DNA of 64,000 bases from a bacterium. GTDB lineage: Bacteria; Fidelibacterota; Fidelibacteria; Fidelibacterales; Fidelibacteraceae. The stretch's first letter is position 1. Every line of letters starts with the position of its first letter. Both the position numbers and the translations under genes were made by a program. The notes under the pieces are model-generated. The model saw only the letters and a list, made by a program, of their open reading frames with translations. It had not been told where the DNA came from and did no database searches. Location of the stretch: NCBI GenBank assembly GCA_963676395.1, contig OY781066.1:128001-192000 (forward strand), read 5' to 3'. Positions 57,800 through 64,000 of the stretch are shown in pieces.

Positions 57800-60007
57800 T
57801 CAAATAAGGTATCCAATACTAAAAAATAAGCTCGGTTTAAAAACAATATCCCTATCCGGTGAAATACCGTTCATAAATCCAAACCTTAATGGACCAATGA
57901 TCGTTTGATAACCAAAGTCAAAACCAAATCCATAATGTTCGTTTGTTTGACTGGGATCTATCAAATCTTGAATAAGATAAGAGTCAACATGAAAGCCAAA
58001 TCTTAATTTATTCTCAAATTTTCTATAGAATGATACTCCCGCACCAAAGGCCTTCCTGCTAATAAATTCATTGGATTTAAACCCCCAAAATGGCAGAGAG
58101 TATTTATTATTACTTCTTTCACCTCCAATGGGCGCATAGCGAGCAATATCTTTACTGCTACCATAAGTGATAAGTGTATTGGCTCGTAAACACATAATAC
58201 TTTTACCGAGCTCAAAATAGTGCCTATAACGAAAAAAAGTCTGAATATATCGCTGAAATTCATCCAACTCACCAATATCATACACTACGGAAGACAAATA
58301 AGTATACATTGGACTCACAAAACTTTGCCTAAGATAAAATTCAGCTCCTCTATTGGGGAAATAATAATCATCGAGCGTATTAAATTCATATATAAAATTA
58401 AGTGCAAGATCATTAAAGAAAATATACTTAAGAGAATCATTTTCACGATTTACCGGATTTAAATAAGTGGTATTATCTGAAATATTCAAACCAACTTTAT
58501 TATTTTCCAACGGAAAGTAAGCAATACCGGTATAAACATCCGTATTATAATATTCATAGTCTATTTCTTCATCAAAATATGAAACAGACCTTTTTTCCTT
58601 TGAAGTTTCAAATCCCAAATTTGCCCACAATTTATTATTTTTTCCAAGATAAACTCCATATTCACCATTTATGCGATAGTATCTTGACAAATAAGCTGAT
58701 AAGGTTAATCGGGAATGTTTTAGCCAAAGATCTCTATGTAAATAAGTCAGATTAATACCAAATGAATGTGTATTACTAAAATAAAGGGATGTATTTATGT
58801 TTGTCGCTGTTTTTTCGGAACATCGTATATGAAGTGTGTTTTTATTACCTTCATGTGAAATTCCATAATCGATCTTATTAAAAAGAGAGGTTCCATATAG
58901 TTTTTCGATCTTTCTTTTAATTAACTCCTGATCAATAATATCACCTTCTTTGAGCTCCAGATATTTCATAAGCAATTCATCATCTGCAATTTTATTATTT
59001 TCAATTACAATATGATCAATGACTATTTTCTTCTTTGTGAGATTATTTTCTCTTTTTGTATTTTGAGTTTTTACTTTTCTAATCTTATCAATTTGCTGTT
59101 GTGCTGTCTTATAACCTAAGTTGATAAGAGAATCCGCCATATTAAAATCCATTAAATTGATATTACCAAATTCATGTTCAATTAAAATGTCAACTTTCTT
59201 TTTCTCCCTTTCAGAATCTTTAATACCACTAAAGGTACTGATCTGCCCCATAATGGCCGTCATACTGTTCAATTCTTCTTTTTTATAAAGGACTCCCCCG
59301 GTATACGAACCTATGATAAAATCTGCTCCCATATCCAAGGCTTCTTGAACAGGAAAATTATGCATCAGACCACCATCTACATATAAAGCACCATCTATCT
59401 CTATCGCAGAAAATGCTGAGGGGATAGCCATGCTTGCCCTGATTGCGTCAGCAAGATTCCCGGAATCAAATATTACTGGTTCGCACTTTTCTATATCAAC
59501 GGCAACAGTTCTAAAAGGGATCTGCAAAGAATCAAAATCATTGATCATGGCGACGGGAAAAGTATAATACTGAAGCATTGCAGATACCTGCTGTCCCTGA
59601 ATCAGGCTGTTGGGAGCGGAGATTTTCCAATTCTCAACGGGCATATTGAACAATTCCTGTCTGAAATTCTTTTTCTCTTCAAATATGACGTCTCTTTCGG
59701 AAATATCACTGGACAGGATCGCTTTCCAATCAGTATGTCTAACGATATATTCCAAACTATCAGCGGAATACCCCATAGCATATAAACCGGCAACAATACT
59801 ACCCATGCTCACACCGGTAATATAATCAGGAACAATGCCTTCTTCTTCCAGCGCTTTCAAAACACCGATATGAGCAAAACCTTTAGCTCCCCCGCCGCTT
59901 AGCACCAACCCGATCTTTGGTAAATTGTTTTCTGCCGCATGTACAAGTGTAAAGAGACATATGGCAAGGACCCTAAAAATGGATACATAATTTTTCATTA
60001 TCCCCAA
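57800..60007 (-). CDS. Patatin-like phospholipase with POTRA and predicted C-terminal beta-barrel (PlpD/type Vd-like)
   Basis: LSGGGAKG, GVSMG, RASMAIP, VDGG; POTRA-like segment; aromatic-rich C-terminus FFSIGYLI. Confidence 0.88.
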   Translation of the reverse strand: MGIMKNYVSIFRVLAICLFTLVHAAENNLPKIGLVLSGGGAKGFAHIGVLKALEEEGIVPDYITGVSMGSIVAGLYAMGYSADSLEYIVRHTDWKAILSSDISERDVIFEEKKNFRQELFNMPVENWKISAPNSLIQGQQVSAMLQYYTFPVAMINDFDSLQIPFRTVAVDIEKCEPVIFDSGNLADAIRASMAIPSAFSAIEIDGALYVDGGLMHNFPVQEALDMGADFIIGSYTGGVLYKKEELNSMTAIMGQISTFSGIKDSEREKKKVDILIEHEFGNINLMDFNMADSLINLGYKTAQQQIDKIRKVKTQNTKRENNLTKKKIVIDHIVIENNKIADDELLMKYLELKEGDIIDQELIKRKIEKLYGTSLFNKIDYGISHEGNKNTLHIRCSEKTATNINTSLYFSNTHSFGINLTYLHRDLWLKHSRLTLSAYLSRYYRINGEYGVYLGKNNKLWANLGFETSKEKRSVSYFDEEIDYEYYNTDVYTGIAYFPLENNKVGLNISDNTTYLNPVNRENDSLKYIFFNDLALNFIYEFNTLDDYYFPNRGAEFYLRQSFVSPMYTYLSSVVYDIGELDEFQRYIQTFFRYRHYFELGKSIMCLRANTLITYGSSKDIARYAPIGGERSNNKYSLPFWGFKSNEFISRKAFGAGVSFYRKFENKLRFGFHVDSYLIQDLIDPSQTNEHYGFGFDFGYQTIIGPLRFGFMNGISPDRDIVFKPSLFFSIGYLI

Positions 60008-60291
60008 CTCCCAGTCTATATCAAAAGTATCATAGTTAAATTTTCTTTAAATTATATTGATGGACGTGTTCGAATGCAAGATATTTTTTAAGGGATAGGT
60101 TAAATTGTTCAGTGACAGCGTATCCGGCATAGAATGGCTCTGGTGGATGAAATCAATCCCATATTTATCCTTAAATCATTTGTTTTTTTATTGGTTTTAA
60201 TTTTTCCACTTTGTAATATTTTACACCAATTGTTCCAGTTGATCTACAGATAGGATGGAACAAGATTCAATACTAACTATGAAAGGATGTT

Positions 60292-61521
60292 ATGAAACGG
60301 ATTAAAACTATTATTAATGGAATTATTATAAGCACTATTTTTCTCAGTTGTTCATTTCAGACCGGATTGGACGTTGCGGCGAAAAAGGATTTTTCAATGT
60401 TGAAAGATAAAAAAGTCGGCGTCGTCACCAATCATACCGCCATCAGCGTCAAAGGCGAACATATCGTTGATCTGATGCATGAACGCGGTGTCAACATCAA
60501 AGCGATCCTGGCCCCGGAACACGGATTTAGAGGCAATATCGAGCGCGGCGTGGTCATTGAAGGGTCGAATATCGATCCCGCCACCGGCGCCGAGATATTC
60601 AGTATCTATGGCAACAACCGGAAACCCTCGCCTGAGATGCTGGCAGGCCTTGATGTGTTGGTCTTCGATATCCAGGATGTGGGATCTAGGTTCTATACTT
60701 ATATTTCAACATTGGGCAAGGTCATGGAGGCTGCGGCTGAAAATGGCGTCGCCGTCTATATTTTCGACCGTCCCAATCCCATCGGCCGTCTGGCGGAAGG
60801 CCCGCTCATGCAGCCTGAGTTCGTTTCCTTTGTGGGTCAGTATCCCATTATCCTGCGCCATGGCATGACCATTGGGGAATTGGCCCTGATATACAAAGAC
60901 ATGGGGTTTATCAATGCCGCCGATCAGCTTGAACTGAACATAGTCAAAATGGCTAATTGGAACCCCGAAAAGCCCTATGCAGATTACAAATTGCCCTGGA
61001 TCGCCCCTTCCCCGAATATCAAGAACGTCAATGAAGCGCTTGTCTATCCAGGTACCTGCCTGTTTGAGGGAACAAACTTTTCAGAAGGCCGCGGCACCGT
61101 ACATCCCTTCGAATGGGTCGGCGCCCCTTATGTAGAACCGGAAAAGGTTATCGCAGAATTGACAAAAAGAAATATTAAAGGCGTTGAAATGGAGCCCGTT
61201 ACCTTTACACCGATTGATATCCCCGGAACAGCATTGAATCCTGCATATAAAGATATCGAATGCCATGGTTTGTCCCTGACTGTTACGGACCCGGTTCATT
61301 TCAAATCATTGGAATTTGGCGTCCATTTGATCAGTGTTCTCATTGAGCTTTATCCCGACGATTTTATCATTGATCGACCTGAATTCCTTGGAAATCTTTG
61401 GGGAAACAAAAAGGCCGCCAAGATGTTCTCTGAACACAAGACGGCCGAAGAGATCATTGCCAGCTACAAGGATGAACTGGACAATTTTATCAATGTAAGG
61501 GAAAAATATCTACTCTATTGA
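60292..61521 (+). CDS. namZ: Exo-beta-N-acetylmuramidase NamZ family (DUF1343), lipoprotein
   Basis: VGVVTNHT, APEHGFRG, FDIQDVGSRFYTYIST, DRPNP, RHGMTIGE, PSPNI, SEGRGT. Confidence 0.9.
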   Translation: MKRIKTIINGIIISTIFLSCSFQTGLDVAAKKDFSMLKDKKVGVVTNHTAISVKGEHIVDLMHERGVNIKAILAPEHGFRGNIERGVVIEGSNIDPATGAEIFSIYGNNRKPSPEMLAGLDVLVFDIQDVGSRFYTYISTLGKVMEAAAENGVAVYIFDRPNPIGRLAEGPLMQPEFVSFVGQYPIILRHGMTIGELALIYKDMGFINAADQLELNIVKMANWNPEKPYADYKLPWIAPSPNIKNVNEALVYPGTCLFEGTNFSEGRGTVHPFEWVGAPYVEPEKVIAELTKRNIKGVEMEPVTFTPIDIPGTALNPAYKDIECHGLSLTVTDPVHFKSLEFGVHLISVLIELYPDDFIIDRPEFLGNLWGNKKAAKMFSEHKTAEEIIASYKDELDNFINVREKYLLY

Positions 61522-61523
61522 TC

Positions 61524-62753
61524 TTATCTGTATAGATGATATTTTTTGGACATGGCTTTAAATTCCTGAACCCCTTCCTCAAAGATGGGCCTGATATCTT
61601 CAAAGCGGTAGTTTTTCATAAAGGTCTTACGGATCTCATCGGTTCCGCACACCTTATCGAACATACTCCATCTGTTTTTGCTTTCGGCAAAGATATCATG
61701 TTCCGGATAGAGTTCATGAGCTACTTGCATAAAATAGAATTGAAGGTAGGTTAATTCCACTTTTCTAAAATCCGTAATAAATATCTGAACCCCTTTCAGG
61801 TACTTGCCCTGATGCGCTCCGTAAAAAGGCTTATAGGCTATCGGCGTGAAGATGACGCCTTCCAATCCCAATCCGTTCATGGCATCGCACAGTTCCTGCG
61901 ATTCCATCCATTCGGCGGCAAAACACTTGAACGGCACCGTATACCCGATCCCGATGTTGACCATATACAGTTCGCCCAATATACCGGTAGCAGTACAATG
62001 TGGTGGTGTATCTCCCTCCGGGATATGAGGAGAAGATGGCAACCATTCCAATCCCGTATCTTCAAAGGCCATCTTCCGTTTCCAGCCTTTCATAGGGACA
62101 ACGGTCAGATCACATTTTACCTTGTTTTCCAAAAGGCCTTCTTCATTGTAGACCCTGGCAAGTTCACCGATGGTCAATCCATGGACATAAGGGATCTTAT
62201 AAGCGCTCACAGGCGAATAAAAACCTTCTTTGGCCGGTACGCCTTCCACGATATTACCTGTCAGCGGATTGGGGCGGTCCAGAACCACGAATTCTTTACC
62301 GTACTCCGCGGCAGCTTCCATACAATAGCCCAGAGTGCTGATATAGGTATACGAACGGATCCCAATATCCTGAATATCAAAAACGAGAACATCAACGTTT
62401 TTCAGCGATTCTTCCGAGGGTTTGCCCGTCGTGCCGTTATAAAGAGAATAGACCGTTACGCCCGTTGCGGGATCGATCGTATTTCCGACCGATTCACCTG
62501 CATCATAACCACCTCTGACGCCATGTTCCGGACCGTACAATGCCACCAGGTTTACTTCGGGTGCTTCAAAGAGGATATCTACCGTCGATCTTAGATCCTG
62601 ACTGACTCCCGTTTGATTGGTGATTAAGCCGACACGTTTTCCTTTGAGGATATCAAATCCCCGTTCTTCCAATACATCAATACCCAATTTCACTTTCGGT
62701 TGCATCCCAAAACATAAGGACACTATCAGAAGGCTAATTACAACACGTTTCAT
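61524..62753 (-). CDS. namZ: Exo-beta-N-acetylmuramidase NamZ family (DUF1343), second paralog
   Basis: VGLITNQTG, GPEHGVRG, FDIQDIGIRSYTYIST, DRPNP, HGLTIGE, SSPHIP. Confidence 0.9.
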   Translation of the reverse strand: MKRVVISLLIVSLCFGMQPKVKLGIDVLEERGFDILKGKRVGLITNQTGVSQDLRSTVDILFEAPEVNLVALYGPEHGVRGGYDAGESVGNTIDPATGVTVYSLYNGTTGKPSEESLKNVDVLVFDIQDIGIRSYTYISTLGYCMEAAAEYGKEFVVLDRPNPLTGNIVEGVPAKEGFYSPVSAYKIPYVHGLTIGELARVYNEEGLLENKVKCDLTVVPMKGWKRKMAFEDTGLEWLPSSPHIPEGDTPPHCTATGILGELYMVNIGIGYTVPFKCFAAEWMESQELCDAMNGLGLEGVIFTPIAYKPFYGAHQGKYLKGVQIFITDFRKVELTYLQFYFMQVAHELYPEHDIFAESKNRWSMFDKVCGTDEIRKTFMKNYRFEDIRPIFEEGVQEFKAMSKKYHLYR

Positions 62754-62908
62754 AGATATACTCCTTTTTTTCGCACTGATTGGCGGTCATTAAACATTAC
62801 GTAACATTACATGCTTAGTACAGAATTACGGATTAATCTAATACTTTCAATATAACTTGTCAATTGAAAGACATGATCATAAACAGTATTCATAATAAAA
62901 TTATGAAT

Positions 62909-62933
62909 AAAAAAACCCCGGCAAGCCGAGGTT
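62909..62933 (-). terminator. Terminator of rpsT
   Basis: Minus strand AACCTCGG-cttg-CCGGGGTT-TTTTT. Confidence 0.75.
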
Positions 62934-62958
62934 GAAATACTTGTGCTTTAAACTTGGA

Positions 62959-63210
62959 TTATAAAGCGTTGACGCGTTTGGCCAGACGTGATTTCTTGTT
63001 GGCTGCTGCATTCTTGTGAATAATGCCTTTTTGGGCAACTTTGTCAATAACAGAAACGGCTTCAGAATACACTTTCAATGCTTCTTCTTTGTTTGTAGCC
63101 TCTTCTACGCGACGGATCGCAGTTTTCATCTGTGATTTGTACTGACGGTTACGTAGATTTCTTGTTTTTGTCTGACGAATTCTTTTCTTCGTTGATAATG
63201 GATATGCCAT
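62959..63210 (-). CDS. rpsT: 30S ribosomal protein S20
   Basis: STKKRIRQ..RNRQYKS.MKT, IDKVAQKGIIHKNAAANKKSRL. Confidence 0.97.
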   Translation of the reverse strand: MAYPLSTKKRIRQTKTRNLRNRQYKSQMKTAIRRVEEATNKEEALKVYSEAVSVIDKVAQKGIIHKNAAANKKSRLAKRVNAL

Positions 63211-63323
63211 GTATTCCTCTTTTATCTCGTATTAAAAAGCTGACAAAAATACAATATGAATCTCGAATTGTCAATGTTTTTATTACATATGGGTTCGAAA
63301 TAAATTTAAGGCGTTTCAAAAAT

Positions 63324-63351
63324 ACGTAAGACGTAAATCGTAAGATGTAAA
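63324..63351. repeat. Heptamer array, 3' flank of the four-helix-bundle pseudogene
   Basis: ACGTAAG ACGTAAA TCGTAAG ATGTAAA. Confidence 0.75.
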
Positions 63352-63388
63352 TCATAGTAAAAAGCGTTTATGGGTAGCAACAGTTAAT

Positions 63389-63649
63389 TCAAGCGTTTTT
63401 TTTAAATCTTATAAGGCCAAGAAACATACCTTTTAACTCGGTTAAATGTTTATCAATATGCTCAAGTTTTAGTAACCCTAATCTTTCTCCAACAATATAC
63501 TGGATCTTAATCTCTGACAATTAGCCCAAAGAATAGTATGAAATTTTGCAGTTTCTATATCACTTGATCTAGTTGCAGCTTCAATAATATTTAAGGGAAC
63601 AGAATCGGCTGCTTGTCTCCCATACATCCAGATCACGGTATGTTTTCAT
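63389..63649 (-). pseudogene. Four-helix-bundle protein (23S rRNA IVP-like family) pseudogene
   Basis: Hand translation after a GGAG RBS: MKTYRDLDVW / RQAADSVPLNIIEAATRSS / YSLG*LSEIKIQYIVGERLG..ELKGMFLGLIRFKKNA*; internal deletion, frameshifts and an in-frame stop; absent from the ORF track. Confidence 0.8.
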
Positions 63650-63695
63650 ATTATTCTCCCCTCTCTCACCAAGATCGGTATATTTATTAATTAAA

Positions 63696-63720
63696 AAAAG
63701 TGTGACGCAAATCACACTTT
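63696..63720. promoter_or_regulatory. TGTGA-N6-TCACA palindrome (CRP/FNR-type box, or terminator of the thioesterase gene)
   Basis: AAAAG TGTGA CGCAAA TCACA CTTT; followed by a U-tract on the minus strand. Confidence 0.5.
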
Positions 63721-63777
63721 CTAATCTTTATTTACTTCTCGAATATTTTGACTGTTCACAATTCAGCAAACACAATA

Positions 63778-63805
63778 TCTCACTTCTAACGCTTTACGAC
63801 TTACG
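63778..63805. repeat. Heptamer array, 5' flank of the pseudogene, inverted relative to 63324-63351
   Basis: Minus strand CGTAAGT CGTAAAG CGTTAGA AGTGAGA, starting at the thioesterase stop codon. Confidence 0.7.
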
Positions 63806-64000
63806 CTGAAAAGGCCTCCCTGACTTTTTCATGCATTTTAGTCGCTTTGCCATTTGCATCGACGAAAACCATCAATGTTTCTGCAGTAGCAACAAGTGTA
63901 TTATCATCTTTGACTATTTCATATGAAAACACAATGGATGACCTCCCCAATTTCTCGACTTTGGCATTAATATGCAAAGTATCAAAAAGATATGCCGGAG
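63801..64000 (-). CDS. YbgC/FadM-family acyl-CoA thioesterase (hot-dog fold), C-terminal part only
   Basis: Hand translation PAYLFDTLHINAKVEKLGRSSIVFSYEIVKDDNTLVATAETLMVFVDANGKATKMHEKVREAFSA*; runs off the window end. Confidence 0.8.
   Translation of the reverse strand, partial: PAYLFDTLHINAKVEKLGRSSIVFSYEIVKDDNTLVATAETLMVFVDANGKATKMHEKVREAFSA

Noticed and set aside
61812..62594. 260-aa plus-strand ORF
   Set aside because: Antisense shadow of namZ in a GC-richer region; no motifs or RBS.
63132..63355. Short ORFs 63132-63329 (+) and 63149-63355 (-)
   Set aside because: They overlap the rpsT start, its promoter region and the heptamer array; no coding signature.
63389..63649. Diversity-generating retroelement (Avd-like gene)
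   Set aside because: No reverse transcriptase and no TR/VR repeat pair seen in the window.

Overview
Bacterial chromosomal segment, AT-rich and gene-dense, from what looks like an anaerobic diderm fermenter. An FCB-superphylum or Marinimicrobia-like origin is my impression only and cannot be proven here. Most of the window is housekeeping: tRNA-Pro(CGG), recA/recX, proS, recO, dnaB, relA/spoT, HU/IHF, ruvX, lnt, truA, htrA, plsX, secDF, dxs, nadB, polA, rpsT. Notable modules are: (i) a five-gene amino-sugar operon (PIG-L deacetylase, GATase1-like protein, PPi-type PFK, stand-alone SIS deaminase/isomerase, ROK kinase); (ii) a trimeric [FeFe]-hydrogenase whose short beta subunit carries non-bifurcating signatures; (iii) tandem NAD-type and NAD(P)-type glutamate dehydrogenases behind a repeat-containing structured leader; (iv) a convergent, more GC-rich pair of NamZ/DUF1343 genes; (v) a serpin lipoprotein and a PlpD-like patatin. 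Intergenic spacers hold many decayed small repeats: phase-7 tandem arrays (often as inverted pairs starting at stop codons, one pair bracketing an unannotated four-helix-bundle pseudogene), GTA..TAC REP-like palindromes and one GTCATTTCGAC element. No CRISPR array, rRNA, integrase or transposase was seen. All calls come from reading the sequence and motifs; no database searches were run.
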